A DNA stretch of 64,000 nt from Chlamydiales bacterium (GCA_965206695.1 CBDBKM010000010.1:96001-160000), one strand, 5' to 3'. Positions 33,258 to 42,623 are shown, counted from the stretch's first letter. The notes: a model not told the origin generated them from the sequence alone. Made by a program: numbers and translations.

Positions 33258-33521
33258 TTAATCGTTACTAAAAAGTTCTTGAGCTTTGTTACAAATGCTA
33301 TGTTCTATTTCTCGGCTTAATTTAGGTTCTATTGGATGACATATTGTTATATTGTGTTTACCAATCTTTTTGCCGGGATAGGTGATACGATATCCGGAGC
33401 CGTTTAATTTACGATGTATTCCAATAGATGAAATATATAGACGATTATCAATCTCTATACTTGCAAAAGCTATGAGACCATTACTTGGGCGTATTGGTAG
33501 TATTTCTATTTTTGTAATCAT
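33258..33521 (-). CDS. SpoVG-like nucleic-acid-binding protein
   Basis: MITKIEI.P....GLIAFASIEIDN.LYISSIGI...G.YRITYP pattern. Confidence 0.72.
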   Translation of the reverse strand: MITKIEILPIRPSNGLIAFASIEIDNRLYISSIGIHRKLNGSGYRITYPGKKIGKHNITICHPIEPKLSREIEHSICNKAQELFSND

Positions 33522-33648
33522 AATTTGTTACCTGTTTACGTTGATCTATAAGAAGAAGTAATTCAAAAAATTGACCCAAGCAGTTACTATTATTTTTTGT
33601 ATCTAAAGGTGTTTGATTTTTATTTGGTTGTTTATGCAATTTTTTCAT
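33481..33648 (-). CDS. Small hypothetical protein (55 aa; not in ORF track)
   Basis: ATG 33648 to TAA 33481: MKKLHK...NCLGQFFELLLLIDQRKQ...PK; first ORF of the leftward operon. Confidence 0.5.
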   Translation of the reverse strand: MKKLHKQPNKNQTPLDTKNNSNCLGQFFELLLLIDQRKQVTNYDYKNRNTTNTPK

Positions 33649-33719
33649 GGCACAATTTGTTTAATTCGACCCTTACATATAACATATGGGGTGCTTTTAT
33701 CTTGCTGTATGCCTATAAA

Positions 33720-33811
33720 TGGGAATAGCTTATGAAAATGAGGGTCTTTAATGGGAATGGCAAGCAAATTTGTGGGAATGAGCCTTGATTTTATGGGAAT
33801 GGCATGGAAAT
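33720..33811 (+). promoter_or_regulatory. Helically phased TGGGAAT boxes between divergent operons
   Basis: TGGGAAT at 33720, 33752, 33773, 33794; TGGAAAT at 33805. Confidence 0.6.
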
Positions 33812-33867
33812 ATAAAATTGTGTTGAGTAAACAAAGTATTAAAATTGTAATGTAGGATGTAAATATT

Positions 33868-35130
33868 ATGAGTACGTTAGTAGATTCTCAAAGCCTTATT
33901 ATTGATAATCTGCTTCAATTTGAAAAAGAATGTGTTGATATTACAAGCCGTAATGAATTAGTGGTTGTTTTTTGCCAAAGAGTCATTCCATTTTTACAAA
34001 AGAGTATTGCTTTAAAACCCTTGATAGACCGATGGCGTCAGGATAGAGAATGTTTGAATTATGATTACAAAGAATCTGAAAAAACAGCATTAGATAAATT
34101 TATAAAGATCTTTGAAAAAGTAAGGAGAAGATTAGGGGCGGATATTAGTGATACCCTTATTAAGAGGATTGCTCGTGTAGAAAATACAATCAAAGGAAAG
34201 GAAGGATATCTGTATATTTTACCGCCTCTTCATGATGTTGTTTTTGATGAGTTAAAGTATTTATTCAATTGCTTATTGAATGAAGGATATACAGACTTAT
34301 GCGAACGGTTTGTTAAAATTGGTACGGTTAGAGAATATGATCCATCTATAGAAAAATGGGTAGATAACCCGTGTGTGAGTGAGTATACTTTTGCTGAATG
34401 TTTAGAAGATGTCTCTGCTAGAAGAAAAGCAATTCTCTGGGATCAAGTTCATGATCCTGTTGTCGTATGGTGGTATTTTGAAAGTGCGTTATGGTTTTGG
34501 AATACACCAAAATCTTATTTTGATACGCCTAGGCCGAAGTTAAACACTAAGAAAGCTTGTGAAAAGCATGCCAAAGCTCTTGGTAGTGTCGGCGGATGGA
34601 GTGAAATAGCAAGTGTACAAGACAAATCTCTATATATGAAAGAGCCGATTATTTTTACTGACCGCTTATTTAAACAAGGGTTATTAACTGTAATTACTGC
34701 TGTCAGGGAGTTTTTTTCTAGTCTTTGTCAAAATAAAGAGCTTGGTGATCGAGAAGTAACTGTCGAATTAAGTTTAGATGCAGGTGATAAAGGATTGGAT
34801 AGAGATGCATTATGGTTGTCAGTGATTATTGCAGGTGAAGCTACTAAGAAATATTGCTTAAAGAAATTTAATGATGGTCAGAGACCTTATGAATTTATCA
34901 AATTGTTATTCGATAAATATCCTAAAGGAGGAGAGGTTGAAGTTGATCTTAGAGAATCAGAGTCTATTCCAAAATTCATCGGACGTCTTGGATTCACTGG
35001 TGAGCTAAAAAAGATATTTTTCGGACGATCTCAAGGAAACAGGGTCATGTTTAAGGGAACGATTTTAACAGGATTTAAAAAGAATATTAAACACCGTTTG
35101 GTTTCTGACTTTATGAAATTAACTATATAG
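33868..35130 (+). CDS. Hypothetical protein (420 aa)
   Basis: Long intact ORF with AGGA upstream; no family recognised. Confidence 0.75.
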   Translation: MSTLVDSQSLIIDNLLQFEKECVDITSRNELVVVFCQRVIPFLQKSIALKPLIDRWRQDRECLNYDYKESEKTALDKFIKIFEKVRRRLGADISDTLIKRIARVENTIKGKEGYLYILPPLHDVVFDELKYLFNCLLNEGYTDLCERFVKIGTVREYDPSIEKWVDNPCVSEYTFAECLEDVSARRKAILWDQVHDPVVVWWYFESALWFWNTPKSYFDTPRPKLNTKKACEKHAKALGSVGGWSEIASVQDKSLYMKEPIIFTDRLFKQGLLTVITAVREFFSSLCQNKELGDREVTVELSLDAGDKGLDRDALWLSVIIAGEATKKYCLKKFNDGQRPYEFIKLLFDKYPKGGEVEVDLRESESIPKFIGRLGFTGELKKIFFGRSQGNRVMFKGTILTGFKKNIKHRLVSDFMKLTI

Positions 35131-35310
35131 TTAATGCTGTTTTATAGATTATTATTGAATTTCTATTAAACAAATTGTATGTAACTAAAAAAAATGCAGC
35201 TTATTTGGTAGGAGGTTCTATTAGTTTATTAAAAGAAGCAGATTTTTCCGATTGGATAAATTTTGTAGTTACTCCGCCTCCTCATTCATTAAATGTTACC
35301 CCCTGAATGG

Positions 35311-38300
35311 TTACGAAATATCAAAGAATCTTTCAAAAAAACTTATCAATTTACTTATAACACTTTCACGTTTTTTTGTGCGCTCACCAGTTGGAGAAAA
35401 GCGGGATACTGCTGGTAAAACTTTAGTGATGGCTGTGCCAATTGTTACTACACTACCATTACGGAACGAATTTTGTACAAATGCATAGGTCGCATCGTGG
35501 TCAAGATTTTCATTGGTAATAATTTGTTCAAGTTCTTCTATTTTTTTTTCTTCAACAAACTCCTGCCAATCGTCATCAACCACAGACTGTATATCGAGCG
35601 AAGAGATAAACTGGTGGATTAGATCTTTTTTATTGCGTAGTTCGACGCTAGAGTCTATTGCTTTGTTGATATCGATCAATAGTTTACGATTTTTAATGTG
35701 ATCTTCATGATATTTATTGACGAGTCTTAACACATAATCAATGTTGATCTCAATCTGTTTGATTAGCTCCATTTCAAAGACAACGTCATCGTTGATGTTT
35801 TCTTTTTCGCTATTCTCTCCTTTGCGAAATTCGTTGTATAGGTCAATGTAGGTGCTGTGGTAATCTTGTATGTCTCGTTCAGTCAAAATTTCGTTATCGG
35901 CAAATTCATCAAAAGTAACTAAAATATTACGCACGCGTAAAATCCCACCGTACAGCCTGATAAACTCTTTTTGATCCTGTTCGCTAATAAGAGGCTCACC
36001 AATCGGGAATTTTTTCAAAAGTTCCTCGACTAAACTTCTGTATCCACGCACTTCTTTTTCTCCATCTTTGTAGCCGTTGTAGTACTCATCATAAGATCTC
36101 AAAAGCACAATTCCACTAGCTTCTTTATCGCCAAAGAGTGCAATAGATTCGTTAGTTGCTTTCTCTAGGTTACGGAAGCAGATAATGTTTCCGAAGACCT
36201 TCACTCTGTTTAAAATACGATTTGTGCGCGAATATGCTTGGAGCAAGCCATGTGATCGCAAGTTTTTATCTACCCATAGAGTATTAAGTGTTGTGGCATC
36301 AAAGCCCGTCAAAAACATATTAACCACTAAAAGAATGTCAACCTCGCGATTTTTTACTCGCAAGCTTAAATCTTTGTAGTAATTTTGAAATTTATCGGAT
36401 GAAGTATTGTAAGATGTGCTAAACATTGCATTGTAGTCTGTGATGGCGTTCTCAAGAAAATCTCTTGAGCTTGCATCCAGTCCGCTTGTATCTTCCGAAT
36501 TTTCGTCGATCACTTCATCCGCATTATCTTCATTATTTACTCCAAAACTGTAAATCAGTGCCACCTTCAGCTTTTTATCGCTTGGCAGATCAGACATCTG
36601 TTTTTGGAATTCAGCGTAATATTTTTTTGCCACATCAATTGAAGAAACGGCAAAAATCGAGTTAAACCCAGCCAGTCGGCGATTTTTTAATTTATAAAAG
36701 TTATTTCGCTTGGTTTTTTGGTCAAAATGCTCAAGGATGTAGCTCACGATATTTGTTAAACGTTCAGGTGCTACAAGTGCCTTCTCACGGTCTATATCGC
36801 TTACTTTTTTGTCCTCAATATCCTCGGCTTTACGCATGGTAGAAACATAATCAACCTTAAACGGTAACACATTTTTATCGGCAATGGCATCTACAATGGT
36901 GTAGATATGTAACTTATCGCCAAAAGCCTGTTCTGTGGTTTTGAAATTAGGGCGACCGCCGGAAGAAGAGTTTGCAGCAAAAATCGGCGTACCGGTAAAA
37001 CCGAAGAGGTGATAATTTTTGAACGCTTTGGTAATAGCCGCATGCATATCACCAAATTGCGAACGATGACATTCATCAAAAATCAGTACGATATGCCCAT
37101 CAAAAATAGTGTGCCCCTTATTCCGCCTAATAAATCGGTCGAGTTTCTGAATGGTAGTAATAATAATACGCGTGTTCGAGTCTTCGAGTTGACGTTTCAA
37201 AATCGCTGTACTAGTATTGCTATTGGCTGAACCTTTTTCAAACCTGTCATACTCGCGCATGGTTTGATAGTCGAGGTCCTTACGATCGACAACAAACAAC
37301 ACCTTGTCTACATCGGGTAATTTACTTGCAAGCTGTGCTGTTTTGAAGCTGGTCAATGTTTTCCCTGATCCGGTAGTGTGCCAAATGTATCCGCCTGCTT
37401 CCAAGGTGCCGAGCTTTTTATAGTTTGTGCTGACTTCAATTTTACTCAATATTTTTTCTGTCGCCACGATTTGATAAGGGCGCATTGCTAAAAGCTGTTG
37501 ATCAGTCGTAAATACACAATAACGAGTCAAAATATTCAACAGTGTGTGCTTGGCAAAAAACGTTTTACCAAAATCCACCAAGTCGATAATTGGTCTATTG
37601 GTCGCGTCCGCCCACCAACTGGTAAACTCAAAATTGTTGCTGGAACGTTTTCCTTTTTTTACCGCACCTTCACTCACTTCTTTGATATGACCTGATCTCG
37701 TGGTGTTGCTGTAGTATTTGGTGTGCGTACCGTTTGAAATAACAAATAGTTGCACGTATTCAAACAGACCAGAACCTGCCCAAAAACTCTCCCGCTGATA
37801 GCGATTGATTTGATTGAACGCTTCCTGAATGGCTATCCCACGTCGTTTCAGCTCAACATGCACGAGTGGCAAACCGTTCATAAGAACTGTCACATCATAA
37901 CGATTCTTACGTTGACCTTCTTCGGTGGCGTATTGGTTTATGACCTGCAGGCTGTTATTGTGGATCTTGTCTTTGCGCAAAAGGTAGACGTTTTTTACTG
38001 TGCCGTCATCGTGCGTTAAATTTTTAATGTAATCGTCTTGTATGGTCGCTGTTTTTTCAGCTATGTTGTGATTGGGATTTCCAATTTCGCTCGTAAAAAA
38101 ATGATCCCATTCGGTACTGGTGAATTCAAAATTATTCAGCTTCTCTAACTGTTTACGGAGGTTTTTCGTAAGATCTGTTTCTGCAGTGATGTTTAAATAC
38201 TCATAAGCCTGTTTGCCTAGCAGTTCAATAAAGGCAAGCTCAAGCTCCGCTTCGCTTTGGTAGTGCGTGGCACGCTTTTTGTCCAGTGTATATTCTGCCA

Positions 38301-38355
38301 TGACCGTGCTTCGCGGGTTTTTCGCTACCAGATTGTATTTGTTATTGTTTTGCAT
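35311..38355 (-). CDS. hsdR: Type I restriction endonuclease subunit R (type IC, EcoR124I-like)
   Basis: RYDVTVLMNGLPLVHVELK, QINRY, HTTGSGKT, DECHR, MFLTGFDA, QAYSRTNR. Confidence 0.97.
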   Translation of the reverse strand: MQNNNKYNLVAKNPRSTVMAEYTLDKKRATHYQSEAELELAFIELLGKQAYEYLNITAETDLTKNLRKQLEKLNNFEFTSTEWDHFFTSEIGNPNHNIAEKTATIQDDYIKNLTHDDGTVKNVYLLRKDKIHNNSLQVINQYATEEGQRKNRYDVTVLMNGLPLVHVELKRRGIAIQEAFNQINRYQRESFWAGSGLFEYVQLFVISNGTHTKYYSNTTRSGHIKEVSEGAVKKGKRSSNNFEFTSWWADATNRPIIDLVDFGKTFFAKHTLLNILTRYCVFTTDQQLLAMRPYQIVATEKILSKIEVSTNYKKLGTLEAGGYIWHTTGSGKTLTSFKTAQLASKLPDVDKVLFVVDRKDLDYQTMREYDRFEKGSANSNTSTAILKRQLEDSNTRIIITTIQKLDRFIRRNKGHTIFDGHIVLIFDECHRSQFGDMHAAITKAFKNYHLFGFTGTPIFAANSSSGGRPNFKTTEQAFGDKLHIYTIVDAIADKNVLPFKVDYVSTMRKAEDIEDKKVSDIDREKALVAPERLTNIVSYILEHFDQKTKRNNFYKLKNRRLAGFNSIFAVSSIDVAKKYYAEFQKQMSDLPSDKKLKVALIYSFGVNNEDNADEVIDENSEDTSGLDASSRDFLENAITDYNAMFSTSYNTSSDKFQNYYKDLSLRVKNREVDILLVVNMFLTGFDATTLNTLWVDKNLRSHGLLQAYSRTNRILNRVKVFGNIICFRNLEKATNESIALFGDKEASGIVLLRSYDEYYNGYKDGEKEVRGYRSLVEELLKKFPIGEPLISEQDQKEFIRLYGGILRVRNILVTFDEFADNEILTERDIQDYHSTYIDLYNEFRKGENSEKENINDDVVFEMELIKQIEINIDYVLRLVNKYHEDHIKNRKLLIDINKAIDSSVELRNKKDLIHQFISSLDIQSVVDDDWQEFVEEKKIEELEQIITNENLDHDATYAFVQNSFRNGSVVTIGTAITKVLPAVSRFSPTGERTKKRESVISKLISFFERFFDIS

Positions 38356-38779
38356 ATTCTTTTTCTTTGAAAGTTAAAAGTTTCTCTCGGTAGAATTCGT
38401 ATTGTGATCTGCGTGCGGAGAGTTCAGCCGGCAAGCCGATAGAAATGTCGTTAACGAGTGCGTTGAATTTGTCTAGGATAAAAACGATGCGTTCTTGTTC
38501 CGTAAAAGGAGGTAAAGGAATTTCAATCTGATTGAGATTTTTTTGGTTCAGTTTTGGTTGAGCAGCCCCGGAAATATATGAACTTAAGTCCATTGAATTC
38601 AGGTATATTTCCACGAATCTCTGAGTCGTCGCACTATCAAACTGAAGAATATGCGCATGATTATTTACCCATGTCTTTCCAGAGATAGAGAATGCTATGG
38701 GGGGAGTCTTACGAGCTAGTAAATTTGCCCCATCTTCAGATATAAGCAAATAGTTGTTGTCGAAAATATAATCACTCAC
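38342..38779 (-). pseudogene. hsdS: HsdS C-terminal part (TRD2 lacking its N-terminus + conserved region)
   Basis: DYIFD..YLLISEDG, WVNNHAH, AQPKL, GLPAELSARRSQYEFYREKLL; out of frame with the 5' half. Confidence 0.85.
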
Positions 38780-39426
38780 ATAATCAACTTATTAGACATC
38801 AACAACTCATTCCGATAATACTCATACTGTTTCTGTCTTGCTTCCAGTTCTGCTTCCAGCTCTGCTTCCAGCTCTGCTTCCAGCTCTGCTTCCAGCTCTA
38901 TAAAAGTATTAAGAATTTTGACAATTTCTTCTTGAACGGCAAGGGGCGGGAGGGGGATTTTAATAGCTCTCACATTACTTGAATTAGTTGATGCAAATGT
39001 AGAGCCAGTAGACGTTCTTGCAAGTTTTTGTCCAAGTATTTGCATGATATAAAACAGATACATACTCAAAACATTCTTGGTTGTATGAATTGAACACAAA
39101 CCACGCCCGATACATATTTTTCGATCAGTGTAATTGACTGCACCGACAGGTGCCCGAACACTCATCAATACACTGTTCGCTTCAGCGATTTTTGCAGGCT
39201 TTGATGTATATTGCGCAGAATTTGTAATGATAAAACTTGTAAAGTGGGTTTTCCCTTGATGGAATTCAATTCCAGATTTATTAGTTGATACAGACATTCC
39301 GTCAGGTGATTGTCCCATGATAATACGAAAATAATCCGAGTCTCCCAATTCCTTAAACTCAACCCCCTCAGGACAAAGCTCATCAATCAGTTTTTCAATT
39401 TTGCTTACGTGTTTTGTCATAGTCAT
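38776..39426 (-). CDS. hsdS: HsdS N-terminal half (TRD1 + central conserved region with 5x ELEA)
   Basis: LCPEGVEFKELG, MGQSP, SVRAPVG, IPLPPL.VQEEIV, RQKQYEYYRNELL. Confidence 0.88.
   Translation of the reverse strand: MTMTKHVSKIEKLIDELCPEGVEFKELGDSDYFRIIMGQSPDGMSVSTNKSGIEFHQGKTHFTSFIITNSAQYTSKPAKIAEANSVLMSVRAPVGAVNYTDRKICIGRGLCSIHTTKNVLSMYLFYIMQILGQKLARTSTGSTFASTNSSNVRAIKIPLPPLAVQEEIVKILNTFIELEAELEAELEAELEAELEARQKQYEYYRNELLMSNKLIM
38839..38898. repeat. Five 12-bp tandem repeats (TGCTTCCAGCTC) encoding ELEA in hsdS
   Basis: Directly visible; one copy has a single mismatch. Confidence 0.92.
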
Positions 39427-40442
39427 TTCTTTGGTTTTGGCTCTTTCACTTTTTTCTCAACTTTTCTCTGGACGGTTTTGATGCTGTCTAGATACGCCAC
39501 CTCTACAGGCGAAAGAGTCTTAACCTGATACTTTGTGTATTCGGAATGGGCTTTGGCTTCCGCTTCTATGTGGCTAACCTTTCCGGCATTGTTTAATACG
39601 GCACGGTCCATCGAGGAAATTAATTTATCGAGTTGATGGATATAGTTTTGCATTGCCGTGGGCTTTTGATCTAATGCGCGCAATTCCGCGATATCAAAAT
39701 ACGCTGAAACAACATTATTTAATTTTTTTATCTCTATCTCGGATAGATAATTTTTTGCAACCGTTACATCCGTCTTGCGAATGCCATCCTTACCAAAAGT
39801 CATCAGCCCCATAAATGGCTTGTCTGCATTGACTCGTTCATATATCAATTCGGCGGCTGTTTTGCCATTTGCAGCATAGTGCAGTTTATTCTGCACGATC
39901 GCAAAAAAACTTTTAGATTCGTTGCCCTTTGGATCGTAGTCTACACTCGTCGCATAGAGGTCGAGTACCTGGCGGTAAAGGACTTTCTCACTGCTTCGAA
40001 TATCACGAATCCTATTCAACAGTTCCTTCCAATACATGCCACCACCAACATTCTTCAGGCGTTTATCGTCCATGGTGAAGCCTTTGATGATGTATTCGCG
40101 CAGGCGTGCGGTAGCCCAGATGCGAAAATCTGTTGCAATAGAGGATTTTATCCGGTAGCCAAGAGATATAATCATATCAAGATTATAGTGTTCAACATCG
40201 TAGTTTTTTCCGTCTGTGGCAGTTGTTCGGAATTTCCGAACAACTGAATCGCGTTGTAATTCTTCCTCTTCAAAAATATGCTTTATATGTTCGCTAACAT
40301 TTGCTTTGCTTGACGCAAAGAGTTCAACTATCTTTGCTTGTGGGAGCCACACTGTTTCATTTTCAACGCGGACCTCGATATTCGGCGTGCCATCGGTTGA
40401 TTGGTAGATGATGATTTCATTGTTTGGTTTATTGTTGTTCAT
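39423..40442 (-). CDS. RhuM-family protein
   Basis: ETVWL.Q, YNLDMIISLGYR, FRIWAT..LREY..KGF, IRDIRSSEK, VQNKLH. Confidence 0.92.
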   Translation of the reverse strand: MNNNKPNNEIIIYQSTDGTPNIEVRVENETVWLPQAKIVELFASSKANVSEHIKHIFEEEELQRDSVVRKFRTTATDGKNYDVEHYNLDMIISLGYRIKSSIATDFRIWATARLREYIIKGFTMDDKRLKNVGGGMYWKELLNRIRDIRSSEKVLYRQVLDLYATSVDYDPKGNESKSFFAIVQNKLHYAANGKTAAELIYERVNADKPFMGLMTFGKDGIRKTDVTVAKNYLSEIEIKKLNNVVSAYFDIAELRALDQKPTAMQNYIHQLDKLISSMDRAVLNNAGKVSHIEAEAKAHSEYTKYQVKTLSPVEVAYLDSIKTVQRKVEKKVKEPKPKK

Positions 40443-40445
40443 AAG

Positions 40446-42032
40446 TTATTTTTCCCCTTCAATATCAGCTACTATTTCATCAATGGCAGTACGAAGTTCA
40501 TTTTGTCTTGCAACAATCTTCTTGATGCTTGTGTTGAGTTCTGTAATATCTACTACTTCACGAGTGTCTTCCTTCGCAACATAGCTTGATACGGCGATAT
40601 TGTAGCCATTCTCGGCAATGGTTGTATTATCGACAAGTTTGACGAAATATTTTGCGTCTTTACGAGTTGTGAATGCCTCTAAAATTTTAAGGCGATTGTT
40701 CTCACTCAATTTGTTTTTGTTGCCACCACGAGCAAACTCGGCAGAAGCATCAATAAAAAGAATCTTATTATCTTTCTTACTCTTTTTGAGCACGATAATA
40801 CAGGTAGCGATAGTGGTGCCAAAAAAGAGATCTGGTGGTAGCTGAATAACGGCATCTATATAGTTGTTCTCTATAAGATATTTTCTAATTTTACACTCTG
40901 CACCACTACGGTAAAGAACTCCTGGAAATTCGACGATCGCTGCCGTTCCACTAGTAGAGAGCCATGAGAGCATGTGCATGGTAAAAGCGAGATCGGCTTT
41001 GCTCTTTGGTGCCAGTACTCCGGCTGGGGAAAAGCGCGGGTCATTGATGAGAAGCGGGTTCTTGTCACCATCCCATTTGATAGAATAGGGAGGATTGGAA
41101 ACGATAGCGTCAAACGGCTCGTCGTCCCAGTGTTTGGGATCAGTGAGTGTATCGCCATGAGCGATATCAAAATTGTTGTAGTTGATGTTGTGCAGGAACA
41201 TATTGATACGGCAAAGGTTGTAGGTGGTAAGGTTGATTTCCTGTCCGAAGAAACCTAGCCGAACATTTTCTTTCCCGAGGACCTTTTCAAATTTGAGGAG
41301 GAGAGAGCCGGAACCGCAAGCTGGATCGTAAACTTTGTTCACTTCTTTTTTACCGACTGTTGTAATTTCAGCAAGGAGTTCGCTGACTTCTTGTGGAGTG
41401 TAGAACTCACCGCCCGACTTACCGGCATTTGAGGCATACATGGCCATCAGAAATTCATACGCATCACCGAAAGCATCTATGGTGTTGTCTGAGTAGTTTC
41501 CGAGTTGAAGGTCGCTGATAGACTCAAAAAGTTTTGTGAGTTTTTGATTTCGTTTTTCTACATTACCTCCCAGTTTATTAGAGTTTACATCGAGATCATC
41601 AAATAAACCTTTGATATCATCTTCGCTGTTTGCACCTTTTGCAGAATTTTCAATATTACGGAAAACTGCGGTAAGAGTTTCGTTAAGATTGGCGTCATTA
41701 CGAGCATTTTTGCTAACATTTATAAAAAGCTCGCTTGGTAAAATATAAAAACCTTTTTCTTTGACAGTATCGGCCCTGCCGAGCTCAGCTTCTCTATTTG
41801 AAAGCGTGGTGTAGTCAAAATCTTTTTCACCGGTACGGTGTTCATCAGCATTTATATAGTTGGTTAAATTTTCACTAATGAAACGATAAAAGAGCATGCC
41901 GAGTACATACTGCTTGAAATCCCAGCCATCTACACTCCCACGGAGTTCATTGGCTATCTTCCAAATAGCACGATGTAATTCTGAACGCTCTTGCTCTTTA
42001 GTCATATTTAAATTAGGTTCTTTTTTTGCCAT
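40446..42032 (-). CDS. hsdM: Type I R-M methyltransferase subunit M
   Basis: LRGSVDGWDFKQY, GEFYTP, DPACGSGSLL, NPPY. Confidence 0.97.
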   Translation of the reverse strand: MAKKEPNLNMTKEQERSELHRAIWKIANELRGSVDGWDFKQYVLGMLFYRFISENLTNYINADEHRTGEKDFDYTTLSNREAELGRADTVKEKGFYILPSELFINVSKNARNDANLNETLTAVFRNIENSAKGANSEDDIKGLFDDLDVNSNKLGGNVEKRNQKLTKLFESISDLQLGNYSDNTIDAFGDAYEFLMAMYASNAGKSGGEFYTPQEVSELLAEITTVGKKEVNKVYDPACGSGSLLLKFEKVLGKENVRLGFFGQEINLTTYNLCRINMFLHNINYNNFDIAHGDTLTDPKHWDDEPFDAIVSNPPYSIKWDGDKNPLLINDPRFSPAGVLAPKSKADLAFTMHMLSWLSTSGTAAIVEFPGVLYRSGAECKIRKYLIENNYIDAVIQLPPDLFFGTTIATCIIVLKKSKKDNKILFIDASAEFARGGNKNKLSENNRLKILEAFTTRKDAKYFVKLVDNTTIAENGYNIAVSSYVAKEDTREVVDITELNTSIKKIVARQNELRTAIDEIVADIEGEK

Positions 42033-42055
42033 ATTTTTATTTAAGCCATTAGTGT

Positions 42056-42259
42056 CTATGTAGAAGTTTTCGTTGAGCCATAAAAGAAGCGCTCGATTTG
42101 TTGTTGTGCAAGTTTAGAGGGTTTTGTCTGTCCCTTTTCCCAGCGATTAACGGTAGCAAAGCTTACGCCTAGGATCCTGGCAAGCTCTACCTGAGTGAGC
42201 TTAAGTTGTAGCCTGGAATTTTTAATAAAATCTGATGTAAGCGTGTTCTTGAGGAGCAT
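42056..42259 (-). CDS. XRE/Cro HTH regulator upstream of hsdM
   Basis: LTQVELARILGVSFATVNRWEKG. Confidence 0.85.
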   Translation of the reverse strand: MLLKNTLTSDFIKNSRLQLKLTQVELARILGVSFATVNRWEKGQTKPSKLAQQQIERFFYGSTKTST

Positions 42260-42452
42260 CTTTGCTTTTTTTTAAGTTTGATTTTCTTATGATATATAAC
42301 ATCTGTTATATAAACCACAATAGGATTTGATGTAGTGTAGCAATTTCTTGGATTCCATTTTCGATTGCGAAAATTTGAAGTAAATACTATTTTTTCAACA
42401 ATCGGATATATCTTTTACCTGAAGCAGACTCTATAATTTACTGTTTATATTT

Positions 42453-42525
42453 TTATGTTACTAATAATAAGTTAGATATGTATTTACTGTGATGAAAATA
42501 TTTCCAATCAAAAGTTCTGAATGCG
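42453..42525 (-). other. Displaced C-terminal coding segment of the serine recombinase (attR side)
   Basis: In frame with ...WGRLD across the repeat: AFRTFDWKYFHHSKYISNLLLVT-stop. Confidence 0.72.
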
Positions 42526-42623
42526 TCCAACCGCCCCCCAAATTTTATTTTATTAGAAACAAGCGACTTAAGAAAAATTAGAATAAATACTAAGTTCTTA
42601 AATAATAATATTTTATCTCTTGC

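Larger units (their letters stand above)
28003..42538. mobile_element. 14.5 kb integrative element bounded by 13-bp direct repeats of the tRNA-Tyr 3' end
   Basis: TCCAACCGCCCCC at 28003-28015 and 42526-42538; recombinase at one end; low CCGG content compared with host genes. Confidence 0.87.

Noticed and set aside
38839..38898. CRISPR-like repeats (also 12144-12175 and 33720-33811)
   Set aside because: Repeats are too short, lack unique spacers of CRISPR length, and no cas operon is present; the Cas4-like nuclease alone is insufficient.
28003..42538. Prophage or ICE
   Set aside because: No structural, packaging, lysis, relaxase or T4SS genes recognised.
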